Shown here: piece by piece, positions 37,101-45,800 of the stretch
Position numbering within the stretch: position 1 is the first letter of the stretch
Layout of the letters: each line of letters begins with the position of its first letter
Source of the DNA: an uncultured virus (IMG/VR IMGVR_UViG_3300042892_001971)
Lineage: Duplodnaviria; Heunggongvirae; Uroviricota; Caudoviricetes
DNA: 64,000 nucleotides
Reading direction: 5' to 3' (one strand)
Virus record (IMG/VR): IMGVR_UViG_3300042892_001971
Program-made: the position numbers and the translations under genes
Notes under the pieces: model-generated
What the model was told of the DNA's origin: nothing
The model's database searches: none
Seen by the model: the letters and a program-made list of their open reading frames with translations, nothing else

Positions 37101-37478
37101 TGGACGAGTCAAGCTGGCAGTAAGGTCAGTTAAATCCACATCCACACGCTGAACATAAGCGCGGTTTGAAATGCCCAATGAACTGTAAGCAGCCAACAAA
37201 CCGTATTCATTGAGTTCGTAACCATTGATAGGTGTACCAGTGGTTGTGTTATAGAAGAATGGCACACCAAAAGTGGCTGTCAAATCACGCTGACTGGTGA
37301 TTAAATATGTTTTGTTAACGTTAGCTGCGGTGGTACCAGCTGCTACTCCAACGCCAGAGCCAGAAACTTTGTTCTGCGCTGTGGCAATCAAGAAGTATGG
37401 TACTGTGTTGACTGCTGATGGAATATATTGACTTTCGTCAATTACTGTTACTTGTACGCCGGGTGATATGAGAGCCAT
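34149..37478 (-). CDS. gp18: Contractile tail sheath protein with large inserted domains
   Basis: MALISPGVQV N-terminus; PWLAPAG.RRG, VNPI, DRINVARL, LFEPND and EFIYIP motifs. Confidence 0.95.
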   Translation of the reverse strand: MALISPGVQVTVIDESQYIPSAVNTVPYFLIATAQNKVSGSGVGVAAGTTAANVNKTYLITSQRDLTATFGVPFFYNTTTGTPINGYELNEYGLLAAYSSLGISNRAYVQRVDVDLTDLTASLTRPTGTPNDGAYWLDTSTSVWGMQEWNQSTSEFTVITPLVITDAADVTASVSGTTGFDIYTPVSTIGSIGDYAVVAYGANNSYDLRNVGWYKNASNTWVAVGDAAWQASWPTIQGNVTNPTLTAGQSIFINGTSVAVPIAPNNDLAGFVAAVNSAAITGVTAAAVSGKFTIYADDTATNDGSTANGGIVSIIPNASGTALCTALGISAIEYFAPVFVTGYSYQAPRWRTTDTTPRPTGSMWNNISAANNGVALQVKKYSAALGEWVLQSCPIFTTGTNAIYTLDPAGGGKNIPVGTLWAQSGANAGETTPLNSFGFEIYEQVVFGQTIVTGDTTPGVNGDSLFVAGNQFVLQGSIPGSTSANTATVTLTGTSISSFITAVSAANVPYVSASVNSAGNIVFTHSQGGIMTLAPVAGQGTPITTAGFTSSTTLCRPAVAIPTTLILSNFCTASEFEYTSSATAPYQDPADGRLWYYSTATQVDIMIQNNGLWLGYQNVSNDVRGYDLSATNASGPICAATAPTTQNNVAQSALVYGDLWVDTSDLENYPKLYRWELVSGVDQWVSVNTTDQVTQNGVLFADARWAPNGTTNPVSDPIPTIVSLLTSNYLDLDAPDPALYPQGMLLWNTRRSGYNVKSYQNDYFNATSYPDDTLPAVTSTWLTASGNKQDGSMYAGRLAQRQMIVEALKAGVDTSQGAREDTAQYTLIATPGYPELIPNMIALSNERNNTLFVVGDTPMRLPATGTDITTWATNNNGLGTIAGDGQSSTSNYCATFYPSCTTTDLSGNTVVTAPSHMMVRTIIRSDEVSYPWLAPAGTRRGVVDNATQIGYIDAATGEFQPIGVNQGLRDVLYSLNVNPITFIPGVGITNFGNKTSTTTTTALDRINVARLVAFLRGRLEEIGKLYLFEPNDQITRNEITNTCNSLMVDLIAKRAIYDYLVVCDLSNNTPARIDRNELWVDIAIEPVKAVEFIYIPLRIKNTGDIAAGL

Positions 37479-37502
37479 GGTTGAATCCTTTTCAAGTTCT
37501 AA

Positions 37503-37570
37503 TATTTATAGAGACCTTGAAAAAAACAGCCGTTTTGAATACCTTTGGCAAAGGTCCATGCCGCTAAATA
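37503..37570. promoter_or_regulatory. Divergent T4-type late promoters with a central palindrome
   Basis: TATAAATA on minus (37510-37503), TAAATA on plus (37565-37570), and ACCTTTG-G-CAAAGGT at 37541-37555. Confidence 0.65.
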
Positions 37571-37574
37571 CCGT

Positions 37575-37919
37575 ATGAGACCCATTTGTCAAGCCTGTCA
37601 CCAGCGACCTTGTGCTGTGAACTACAAACGTGATGACATCACACACTATCGATCAAGGTGTGAGACTTGTGCTAGGAAGGGACGTGGACTAAAACCTAGA
37701 GAGCCACGCTGGAAATCAGCTGGCTATAAGAAAAAGATGAGTTGCGATCGCTGTGGATTCAAAGCCAAATACGCTGGTCAGATCTTTGTGTATCACGTGG
37801 ATGGCAACTTGAACAATGCCGCACTTAAGAATCTCAAATCAGTTTGTAGAAACTGTGAAGTAGAGCTGTCTAAGAGCGATCTTGCGTGGCGGCAGGGCGA
37901 TCTTGAACCAGACTCTTGA
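37575..37919 (+). CDS. Zn-finger / degenerate HNH protein
   Basis: Four CxxC pairs; YHVDGNLNN...NL...CRNCE. Confidence 0.75.
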   Translation: MRPICQACHQRPCAVNYKRDDITHYRSRCETCARKGRGLKPREPRWKSAGYKKKMSCDRCGFKAKYAGQIFVYHVDGNLNNAALKNLKSVCRNCEVELSKSDLAWRQGDLEPDS

Positions 37920-38532
37920 CCTGCTGATACAAGTCATCCAAGGTACCGTTGTTGTCTAACACAGCGTCAAATTCAGTGCCCACCCATGCAGTTTCTGATG
38001 CATGAATCCCCAGCTTTTCTAGTTTTCGATGACTTAGTGCCCAAGTTGAATTGCCATTAGCGCCACGATTCACACTCACAGCTGAATTATACCATGTAGG
38101 CTCTGGTCCACGTATAACTCTAATCACACGCCCACCAGCATTTTTAATAGCTAGAATTTCGTTGGGAAAACGGCAATCTGAAATCACAACATCATCTTGG
38201 CTGTGACGCAGTTTGTTTTCTAAACTGGCAATCCAGATATCATCGTGAAATCCTGCTCTACACACTTCGGTGCCCCAGTACTGCAAGATCCAACGTGGCG
38301 TTAGGGTGGGCATGCCCAGGCGTTCTGCCCACCATGGATCCACACGCTCACGCCATTCACGAGCTTGTTTTGTGCGCCCTTCCAGCATGGTTCGGTCCCA
38401 ACCAAACACTTGTGCCACAGCATCTTTTAGTGTTGAAGCAAAACTTTCTCTGCGAAAGTGGTGTAAATTTACAAGGTAGTCAGCAATAGTGTCTTTGCCA
38501 GACCCAATGAATCCACAGATGCCAATGATCAT
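37870..38532 (-). CDS. gp1: Deoxynucleoside monophosphate kinase
   Basis: GFIGSGKDT, FASTLK, TPRWILQ.WGTE, ISDCRFPNE and HASE motifs. Confidence 0.9.
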   Translation of the reverse strand: MIIGICGFIGSGKDTIADYLVNLHHFRRESFASTLKDAVAQVFGWDRTMLEGRTKQAREWRERVDPWWAERLGMPTLTPRWILQYWGTEVCRAGFHDDIWIASLENKLRHSQDDVVISDCRFPNEILAIKNAGGRVIRVIRGPEPTWYNSAVSVNRGANGNSTWALSHRKLEKLGIHASETAWVGTEFDAVLDNNGTLDDLYQQVKSLVQDRPAATQDRS

Positions 38533-39050
38533 TTTAACTCCCGAACGTTGAGATATTTAAGTGTATTTTGTAGCATGCCAATTTGTCTGCGACAGTCTTC
38601 TAGTGCATGGTGTGTGGTAGGAGGCATGGGTTGTTCAGGCCATAACGAGAACACTGTGCGGCTATCACGTACCATATAGTATTGCCAGGGCAGGGGTTTG
38701 TTGTAACTCTTGTAGGCATGCTCTAGGATGTTCATGTCGTATGTTGGACCTTGTGCCCACACACGTTTGGCATGCCAAATCAGCCGGCCCAGGCCATCCA
38801 ATGCTTGATCTAAGGGTATACGGTCTTCTTCGGAGAATGCTTCGTCACGCACCACAGCAGGTTGTGTGGCCCACCATTCTATAGTGCCTTGCTGTATGCT
38901 ACGAGTTTCTTGGCTTTCCAAGGTAACTCTGGCATAGAATGATTGCTCATAATGGCCCGTGCCAAACGGATCAAATGCTTGGGCAGCAATGGTAAGAATA
39001 GTAGTGTCGGGGCCTGTTCCCAAGCCTTCAAGGTCAATCATCAAGTCCAT
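38529..39050 (-). CDS. DEDDh 3'-5' exonuclease (DexA/exonuclease VIII-like)
   Basis: MIDLE, WAQG..YD, RDSRT and HHALED motifs. Confidence 0.85.
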   Translation of the reverse strand: MDLMIDLEGLGTGPDTTILTIAAQAFDPFGTGHYEQSFYARVTLESQETRSIQQGTIEWWATQPAVVRDEAFSEEDRIPLDQALDGLGRLIWHAKRVWAQGPTYDMNILEHAYKSYNKPLPWQYYMVRDSRTVFSLWPEQPMPPTTHHALEDCRRQIGMLQNTLKYLNVRELK

Positions 39051-39056
39051 TTGATG

Positions 39057-39085
39057 ATTATAACAGATTTATGACTGTGTGTCTA
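39057..39085 (-). promoter_or_regulatory. Sigma70-type promoter, probably giving a leaderless mRNA
   Basis: TAGACA-N17-TATAAT with extended TG, then 6 nt, then the ATG at 39050. Confidence 0.7.
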
Positions 39086-39092
39086 GTGTGTG

Positions 39093-39860
39093 TTAACCAA
39101 TTACCCAAGTAAGAGGTTGCGAACCATCCACATACATTTTGAGTTGCTCAAGTAGTCCATCCATTTGGGTTTGAGCTTCGGCTTTCATGGCAGCGCCATT
39201 TAGACTACCACCGCCCTGCGGTCCGGCGATAGTGCCAAACTTTTCACGTGCTTCACCAATGATCATTTTACAGTTGGCCACCATGTAGTCACGGATCCAT
39301 TGTGATATTTGATAGTCACTCAGCAAGTTGATTTCAGGTTTTAGATTGTACGTCCAAATCAACACAGCTTCACCGGTGTTTTTAGGATCACGCATGAGTT
39401 GTAATTTTTTAGTAACCTGATTGAATGTGTAATTAAAAAAGCCGCCAAACATCTTGGCAGCCAACTCAACGTATTGACTGTAAAAGTCGTAGGTAGCAAG
39501 GCCGCCTGCCACGTTAAAGTTCATCAAGTAAACATTTAATGATGCTTGTGCAAACGGATCAAAATTTGACGCAAAGGGTCCGCTAGAATCACCAAAAGTT
39601 CTGCGAAAGCACTGGCGCACACTCACAACTTCTTGGGGTAGTGTGTAGATGTTTTCGTCTTTGACTAGTGTGAAAAAACTATAACTTTCTTCATACGCAT
39701 TGTTGGCTCGTTGACGGTAGGTGCCAATTGTTTTGGCATACGCGGCTTCGTAGTGTGCTGGATCCAATTCTAAATCAATGATTTGACTGCCCAGTTGAAG
39801 CTGTACATATTCAATGAGATTTTGTTTGAGCTGAGATAGTGTGTCTTGCTGTTCTGCCAT
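39093..39860 (-). CDS. gp13: Neck protein gp13-like
   Basis: LQLG...IDLEL, W.RDY..A..K..IG..R.KF..I.GP.GG.SLNG pattern. TATAAATA and GGAG upstream of MAEQQ. Confidence 0.85.
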   Translation of the reverse strand: MAEQQDTLSQLKQNLIEYVQLQLGSQIIDLELDPAHYEAAYAKTIGTYRQRANNAYEESYSFFTLVKDENIYTLPQEVVSVRQCFRRTFGDSSGPFASNFDPFAQASLNVYLMNFNVAGGLATYDFYSQYVELAAKMFGGFFNYTFNQVTKKLQLMRDPKNTGEAVLIWTYNLKPEINLLSDYQISQWIRDYMVANCKMIIGEAREKFGTIAGPQGGGSLNGAAMKAEAQTQMDGLLEQLKMYVDGSQPLTWVIG

Positions 39861-39879
39861 AGGAACTCCAGTGCTATAT

Positions 39880-40779
39880 TTATAGCTTGATGCTGCCTTT
39901 GCGTACCGGAGCAATCATTATATTTTTTCTATGTGTAGGACAAAACTTACACTGAGCAATAGGGTTGTTTAGACTTTCTAAAAACTCATCTTTATATTCA
40001 GCAAAATTATCCACTGTAAGCGGCTGGTAGGAGTTTAGTAGTTCTCGGTCGCTATCAGAAATATCAAATTTATGTTGAAGATCAAACTCAGGCAAGAGTG
40101 CCGCAGGGCCGCATTTGTACAGTTTGCCACGTATAAAATGATAGCTTTTAAATTTTACAAAAGTGCATGCGTCATGTGCTATTGCAGGGTCATTGTTGAA
40201 TAATGCATAACGCCCTTCTGGGTTAACTTGCACTGTAGATGTATCAAAACTGTTTTGAAAATAAACATTTATAAACACACCATTGCGGTCTGAATATTGA
40301 TAGTCAGCGTTCCACAAATCAGGACGGTGCGTGTTTTGTTTTACAGGACCTTCCAAAAATTCATGTATGTCTGCTTGTAATTGCTCCAAGTCTGCTAAAT
40401 TGTGCAAACTTATGGCAATACTGTTCTTGTTTCCGTTCCGTGGTTTGGCATGTGCAATAGCGTCATACAGGCCCCGTACTTGGGTAAGTCGGGTGCCATT
40501 TGTTAGCACTTGCACTTCAATCCCAAATGCATCGTTAAGGCCGTGTATCCATTCTACGATTGTGGGATTGAGCAAAGGCTCACCGCCCATTATGGTGATG
40601 GCCTTTAGATCAATTAACTCTGCCCACTGCTTGTATTGTTCAGCATGATCGCTCCATCGTTGCCAGCCCTTGAAATCAAAATTATTAAATCTATTACATT
40701 GTTCGCAAGTTAGATTGCAAACGTTGGTAATGTAAACTTCAATTTTGTTAAAAACAGTGCGGGCATTGTTAGGCGTCAT
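39880..40779 (-). CDS. Radical SAM protein
   Basis: ITNVCNLTCEQC, MGGEPLL and TNG motifs; C-terminal C...KC...CKFCP. Confidence 0.9.
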   Translation of the reverse strand: MTPNNARTVFNKIEVYITNVCNLTCEQCNRFNNFDFKGWQRWSDHAEQYKQWAELIDLKAITIMGGEPLLNPTIVEWIHGLNDAFGIEVQVLTNGTRLTQVRGLYDAIAHAKPRNGNKNSIAISLHNLADLEQLQADIHEFLEGPVKQNTHRPDLWNADYQYSDRNGVFINVYFQNSFDTSTVQVNPEGRYALFNNDPAIAHDACTFVKFKSYHFIRGKLYKCGPAALLPEFDLQHKFDISDSDRELLNSYQPLTVDNFAEYKDEFLESLNNPIAQCKFCPTHRKNIMIAPVRKGSIKL

Positions 40780-40788
40780 TGCTCCTAT

Positions 40789-41925
40789 TTACCAACTCTT
40801 TAGTATGATCAAGTTTTCTGTGCCACGGGCATTCCATGCAGTTTCTGTGGCTTTGATGTCCTTGAACGCTTTGCGGGCGGCTGGTTTGCCTGCACCTGTA
40901 ATGCCTTTCAGCTGTTCTGCTGGCTTGCGCAGAGTCTTTTGTACTGTATCCACAGTTGAGTAGCCAATGATTGAGTTGTTCTTTACAGTGAATGACTGTG
41001 TGTGGCTGTCTGCCACAAGGTGGATGAGCTTGCGTTTTTTGCTGTCATACAACCAGGCTTCTGTTTTGTCCACAAGACTTGCGGCTGGCAATGATTTGAG
41101 TTTGAGTTCTGCAAACTCTACCTGCATCTTAAACTTGGCGGCCCGCTTCTCCGGCGGCACTGCTTTGACCTTGCGCGGCTTGCGTTCCACTTTCTTGATC
41201 TGTACATAAGCACCGCAGTCGTTGACCACTGCTTCACAAAACTTGATCACATTACGCAATTGTATTTTGGAGAGATGACTGTAGCCTTCAACCAACTGGG
41301 GATCTTTGCCTTCTACCACATGCTCAAACTCTGTGAGCTTGCGTTTCCAATTGTCTGTAATTTGACTGATCATTTGCGGTGCAATGTTTAGGCCACGCAT
41401 GATTGTGACAGGCTTGAAGTCTGCTGTCATTTTGGCACCACTCAGCAAGAACTCGTCAAACAAGCCTTCCAATTCGCCGTTGCACTCTGCTGTCTTTTCG
41501 CGCAGTCGGTCTTGGATGGTAATTCGTGGTGTGGTATCTTCCACCACTACTTCGGGCACAACTTCGTTTTGTTTGCTGTCCAGTATTTCTCGCAGTTGGT
41601 TTTCTAATTTGAGCTGTTCTGTATCTAACAGTTCCAATCCAACCATGCTCATGCGACACAGCCAGCCTGTGGTCAGTCGAATTGCCGAATCCGGAATGCC
41701 CTTGAGCAACCGTACATCTGCCTTACGGTCATGTGTTTCCAGATAGTTTACAATCATGTCCCGGGCATCTTTTTTGCCATAAAAATAATTGTACCAGGAG
41801 AATGCTTCACTCAATTTGGTTTTTCTGTATTCAGTGGGCTGGATTTGCCAGGTGGGCTCTGTGCCCAGAATGTTGGTGTCGGAACTGCGGGGGTTTAGCA
41901 GTTTGATTTTGAATGTGGTGCTCAT
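40789..41925 (-). CDS. Hypothetical early protein (378 aa)
   Basis: Long ORF with AAGGA Shine-Dalgarno; no motif recognised with confidence. Confidence 0.8.
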   Translation of the reverse strand: MSTTFKIKLLNPRSSDTNILGTEPTWQIQPTEYRKTKLSEAFSWYNYFYGKKDARDMIVNYLETHDRKADVRLLKGIPDSAIRLTTGWLCRMSMVGLELLDTEQLKLENQLREILDSKQNEVVPEVVVEDTTPRITIQDRLREKTAECNGELEGLFDEFLLSGAKMTADFKPVTIMRGLNIAPQMISQITDNWKRKLTEFEHVVEGKDPQLVEGYSHLSKIQLRNVIKFCEAVVNDCGAYVQIKKVERKPRKVKAVPPEKRAAKFKMQVEFAELKLKSLPAASLVDKTEAWLYDSKKRKLIHLVADSHTQSFTVKNNSIIGYSTVDTVQKTLRKPAEQLKGITGAGKPAARKAFKDIKATETAWNARGTENLIILKSW

Positions 41926-41937
41926 GTGTGTCCTTAC

Positions 41938-42225
41938 TTATGTTACAGGTAAATCTCGGCAGAGTTCAAACAATTGCGTGGCACGTTTGAGTTTAAAGTT
42001 TTTGTGGTTGTACATGTACTTTCTCTTGCGCTCTGCAATGTCCAGGGCCTCCATCAGACGCCATTTGGTGTCAAAGTCTGACTGCATCAAAATACGATTC
42101 ATATCCACAATGTCCAGGCTGTACTCCACCCATTTTTCTGTGGCTTTTATTAGGTCATAGGGCACCACTGCTTTGGACTTGTTGGCAGTAGAGTACTTTG
42201 CAACAAAATTTGCTGCCTTTTGCAT
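41938..42225 (-). CDS. Small early hypothetical protein
   Basis: Start MQKAANF after CAGGAG and an early promoter. Confidence 0.75.
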   Translation of the reverse strand: MQKAANFVAKYSTANKSKAVVPYDLIKATEKWVEYSLDIVDMNRILMQSDFDTKWRLMEALDIAERKRKYMYNHKNFKLKRATQLFELCRDLPVT

Positions 42226-42252
42226 ACGGGCTCCTGTAGTGAACAAGTGTGT

Positions 42253-42281
42253 ATTATAGCAGATCGTGATTATTTGGTCAA
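42253..42281 (-). promoter_or_regulatory. Phage early promoter
   Basis: TTGACC-N17-TATAAT; same spacer and ACACAC leader as the promoters at 3.6-4.9 kb. Confidence 0.85.
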
Positions 42282-42539
42282 CTGGGCAGAAAGTAGTACT
42301 AAAGTAAGATCTGATTCCCTGCGGAAGGAGACCCAGAATGGGCGGTTGGCGCGGCCGTTGTTTTTGCCAAAGTAAGCATGCCAATCGTTGGTGGGCATGT
42401 AGCCTCGGCCTCCCAGTTTGGTCTTGCATATTTGTTCAAAAGATGTGCCTTCCCCCAGCCAACTATCACATCGCACAGCAATCACATGCCCGTGCTGTTT
42501 GTATTGGCGGAATCTGCGGTCCAGTTTAACTACTTTCAT
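42270..42539 (-). CDS. Small hypothetical protein
   Basis: 89 aa starting MKVVKLDRRF, 6 nt after a -10 box. Confidence 0.7.
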   Translation of the reverse strand: MKVVKLDRRFRQYKQHGHVIAVRCDSWLGEGTSFEQICKTKLGGRGYMPTNDWHAYFGKNNGRANRPFWVSFRRESDLTLVLLSAQLTK

Positions 42540-42545
42540 GCCCAA

Positions 42546-42588
42546 AGTATAACAGGTTGTGAATTATTGGTCAACCGGCCCATAAATA
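42546..42588. promoter_or_regulatory. Back-to-back early (minus) and late (plus) promoters
   Basis: TTGACC-N17-TATACT on minus (42574-42546); TAAATA on plus (42583-42588). Confidence 0.75.
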
Positions 42589-42594
42589 TATGTT

Positions 42595-43953
42595 ATGCCA
42601 CGTCTAAGTTTATACCGCCCAAATCGCACAAGAGACTACCAATTTTTTGACCGCACCATCAGTGAAATGTACACTGTGGGCGGATTAGATATCTATGTTC
42701 ACAAATATCTGGGCCCACAAACTGGGGGCGAGGACTCTGCGCTGTCGGGCAATGCTGATGCCACACAGCCCATTTATGATGAGCAAAGCCCCTTAAACAT
42801 TCAAGACTTGCTGTTGCTGGAAAACAGAGACAGAGTGTATGCTCCAGATATCTATGTCATGCGCGGTGTGTATCGTGTGCAGGATGTGGACTTTGATCTA
42901 ACACAATTTGGATTGTTTTTAAACTCAGATACCTTGTTTGTGACCTTTCACTACAACGATATGATAGATACGTTTGGTCGCAAACTCATGAACGGTGATG
43001 TTATTGAAGTGCCAAACCTGAAAGATTATAATCCCCTAAATGCTGCCTTGCCATTAGCCTTGCCCAGATACTATGTGATCCAGGATGCTAACTTTGCGTC
43101 AGAAGGTTTCAGTCAAACTTGGTTGCCGCACTTGTGGCGCATCAAGGCCACACCACTGACCAATGCACAAGAATACAACAGCATACTAGACAAGCCGTTT
43201 GTGTCTGAATACATTTGGGATCCGGGTGATTTCTATCCTGGCGGTAGCATTGTGAATTACGGTGATGTGTATTATCGAGCCACGAGAAATGTGCCTGCTG
43301 GCACAGAAATTACAGATACAACTTATTGGTCTGAGTATACTCCGCCCACAATCTCTGACATGCAAAGTACCCGACCCAAAGATCAACAGATCAATGACGA
43401 CATACTTGCACAGGCCAATGTGGAAGTTCCACTCAGTGGGTACGATGTTGAAAAGTTCTATGTTGTGGCCACACTGGACGATGGCCAACCTGCCAATCCG
43501 ACCAGCCTGAGCACAATTGACGGCACCACAGTGGATGGTACACAGGGTGGCATGAACATCACTCCACGAGCAGATGGTTATACAGCAGGCTATCTAACTG
43601 GTGATGGTTTTGCTCCTAACGGCTTGCCTGTGACTCCAGGTGTGAGCTTTCCAGCCAATGCTGTGAGTGGCGATTACTGTTTGAGACTGGACTACAAACC
43701 CAACAGACTGTTTCGCTACAACGGAAGATCATGGATCAAGATCGAGGAAAAAGTGCGAACACAACTAGACAATGCCGCAACCAATCAAACACAACGCTCA
43801 GGTTTTGTGAACAATACATACACTACCAATACCACGGACTTGGGTGCTGTACCACAGCGTCAGAGTTTGAGTCAAGCTCTCAAACCCAAGGCAGACAATG
43901 GTGACCAAGGCGGCTTCTTGCCACCTAACCCACCACCACCTTATTCAAGATAA
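42595..43953 (+). CDS. gp14: Neck / head-closure protein gp14-like, extended
   Basis: IQDLLLLENRDR, LTQFGLFL and R.LMNGDVIE motifs; precedes gp15. Confidence 0.7.
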   Translation: MPRLSLYRPNRTRDYQFFDRTISEMYTVGGLDIYVHKYLGPQTGGEDSALSGNADATQPIYDEQSPLNIQDLLLLENRDRVYAPDIYVMRGVYRVQDVDFDLTQFGLFLNSDTLFVTFHYNDMIDTFGRKLMNGDVIEVPNLKDYNPLNAALPLALPRYYVIQDANFASEGFSQTWLPHLWRIKATPLTNAQEYNSILDKPFVSEYIWDPGDFYPGGSIVNYGDVYYRATRNVPAGTEITDTTYWSEYTPPTISDMQSTRPKDQQINDDILAQANVEVPLSGYDVEKFYVVATLDDGQPANPTSLSTIDGTTVDGTQGGMNITPRADGYTAGYLTGDGFAPNGLPVTPGVSFPANAVSGDYCLRLDYKPNRLFRYNGRSWIKIEEKVRTQLDNAATNQTQRSGFVNNTYTTNTTDLGAVPQRQSLSQALKPKADNGDQGGFLPPNPPPPYSR

Positions 43954-43955
43954 AC

Positions 43956-45377
43956 ATGCAACAATTTTTTTACGACGCACAAATACGCAGGTTCCTACTG
44001 CAATTTACCAGAATCTTTTCAGGATTCCAAATTGAGTACGGCAACGAAACTGACGGCGTAAACAAAGCCACCCTGTTGCGTGTGCCTGTGCGCTATGGTG
44101 ATTCCAGTCGCAATGCACAGACCATCATTCAAGAAAACTCTGCCAGTGCATTGCCATCAACTCCCTTAATGACTTTTTACATCAACAATCTTGAATACGA
44201 TCGACCAAGAATACAAGATCCCACTTTTGTGGACAGATTCTCAGTGCGCCAACGCACATACGACACTGCTACAGAATCATACGACACCACACAAGGCAAT
44301 GCATTTACCATTGAACGACTGATGCCTGTGCCGTACAAGTTGAGTGTAACACTGGACATTTGGACATCAAACACCAATCAGAAATTGCAATTATTTGAAC
44401 AGATTTTGACCCTGTTTAATCCTTCGTTAGAACTACAAAGTACAGACAACTACATTGACTGGTCAAGTTTGAGTGTGATGTATTTGGATCAACTGAGTTG
44501 GAGTTCAAGAACTATTCCAATGGGCACAGAAAATCCCATTGATATTGCCAGCATCAAATTCTCCATGCCCATATGGATTTCATCTCCAGCCAAGATCAAG
44601 AAACTGGGTGTGGTGGAACGCATCATTGCCGGCATCTTTGACGCACAAGGTGACGCTGCTGATGCCATAACCAACAACGATCTGTTGCTGGGAACTCGTC
44701 CCATGTTCACACCGTGGGGTTACAAACTGGTTGTGATCAACAATCAGATTCAAGTGCTGCCGGCTCGTACTGTGGTGCCCAATGGTGCTTATGCGGACTT
44801 AGATCCCACTGCTATTGTGGCAGATTCGCCATTGTTATGGCCTGCTGTGATTTCAGCGTATGGCGTGTTGCGTCCGGGTATCAGTCAGATTAGATTGAAT
44901 CGTCCTGTTGAATCGCCGCCAGACAGTGACAGTCCACCCATTATTGGCACCATTGTGATCAACCCTGATGATGATCGATTGGTCATATTCACTCCTGATG
45001 CAGACACAGCACCACAAAATACGCTGAATCCAATTGACGCTATCATTGATCCGCTGATCAGTGGTCCAGGAGACGGATTGCCGTCACCTGTTACAGGTGT
45101 GCGTTACTTGTTGACCGAAAGCACTGGCAACTATGACAATGTGGCCAACCCTACTGCTTGGGCAGGCACAGCAGGACAGCCGTTGGTGGCGTCAGCCAAT
45201 GACATCATTGAGTGGGATGGCGCACGTTGGCGTGTGTCATTTGTGAGTGCGGGAGAAACTGCGGTGCAGTATGTGACCAACATAACTACTGGTACACAAT
45301 ATGAATGGACTGGAGCAGAATGGACCAAAAGTTATCAAGGGGAATACCCAGCAGGCACCTGGAGCCTAGTACTGTAA
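43956..45377 (+). CDS. gp15: Tail terminator / sheath stabiliser gp15-like with C-terminal extension
   Basis: FFYD.QIRR, VPVRYG, MPVPY and QLFEQILTLFNP motifs. Confidence 0.85.
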   Translation: MQQFFYDAQIRRFLLQFTRIFSGFQIEYGNETDGVNKATLLRVPVRYGDSSRNAQTIIQENSASALPSTPLMTFYINNLEYDRPRIQDPTFVDRFSVRQRTYDTATESYDTTQGNAFTIERLMPVPYKLSVTLDIWTSNTNQKLQLFEQILTLFNPSLELQSTDNYIDWSSLSVMYLDQLSWSSRTIPMGTENPIDIASIKFSMPIWISSPAKIKKLGVVERIIAGIFDAQGDAADAITNNDLLLGTRPMFTPWGYKLVVINNQIQVLPARTVVPNGAYADLDPTAIVADSPLLWPAVISAYGVLRPGISQIRLNRPVESPPDSDSPPIIGTIVINPDDDRLVIFTPDADTAPQNTLNPIDAIIDPLISGPGDGLPSPVTGVRYLLTESTGNYDNVANPTAWAGTAGQPLVASANDIIEWDGARWRVSFVSAGETAVQYVTNITTGTQYEWTGAEWTKSYQGEYPAGTWSLVL

Positions 45378-45799
45378 AAGCAGTGGGTGTATGGTTCCTG
45401 GCCCGTGACACTGGCCGTTATCTATATCTCTTAAGAAATGACGTCAAACATCCTGGCGCATGGGGATTACCTGGCGGCAAGGTAGAAGCAGGCGAAACGC
45501 TGTTGGGCGGAATGGAACGTGAATGCCAAGAGGAATTAGGCAGTTTTCCAGACTATCGTCGACTCATGCCACTAGAAAAATTCACATCAGCAGATGGTGT
45601 GTTTGAATATCACACCTGGGTTTGTGTGCTGGATCAAGAATTTCAGCCTGTGTTAAACGACGAACACATTGGCTATGCATGGATTGCTGTGGGCACATGG
45701 CCCAAGCCCATGCATCCTGGCTTGTGGAGCACACTAAACATTGATAGTGTTCAACAAAAACTGGCTGCTGTGGAACGAGTAGAGTTGGCCAGTTTGTGA
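45305..45799 (+). CDS. Nudix hydrolase (start codon uncertain)
   Basis: Nudix box GGKVEAGETLLGGMERECQEELG. Confidence 0.85.
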   Translation: MDWSRMDQKLSRGIPSRHLEPSTVKAVGVWFLARDTGRYLYLLRNDVKHPGAWGLPGGKVEAGETLLGGMERECQEELGSFPDYRRLMPLEKFTSADGVFEYHTWVCVLDQEFQPVLNDEHIGYAWIAVGTWPKPMHPGLWSTLNIDSVQQKLAAVERVELASL

Positions 45800-45800
45800 C

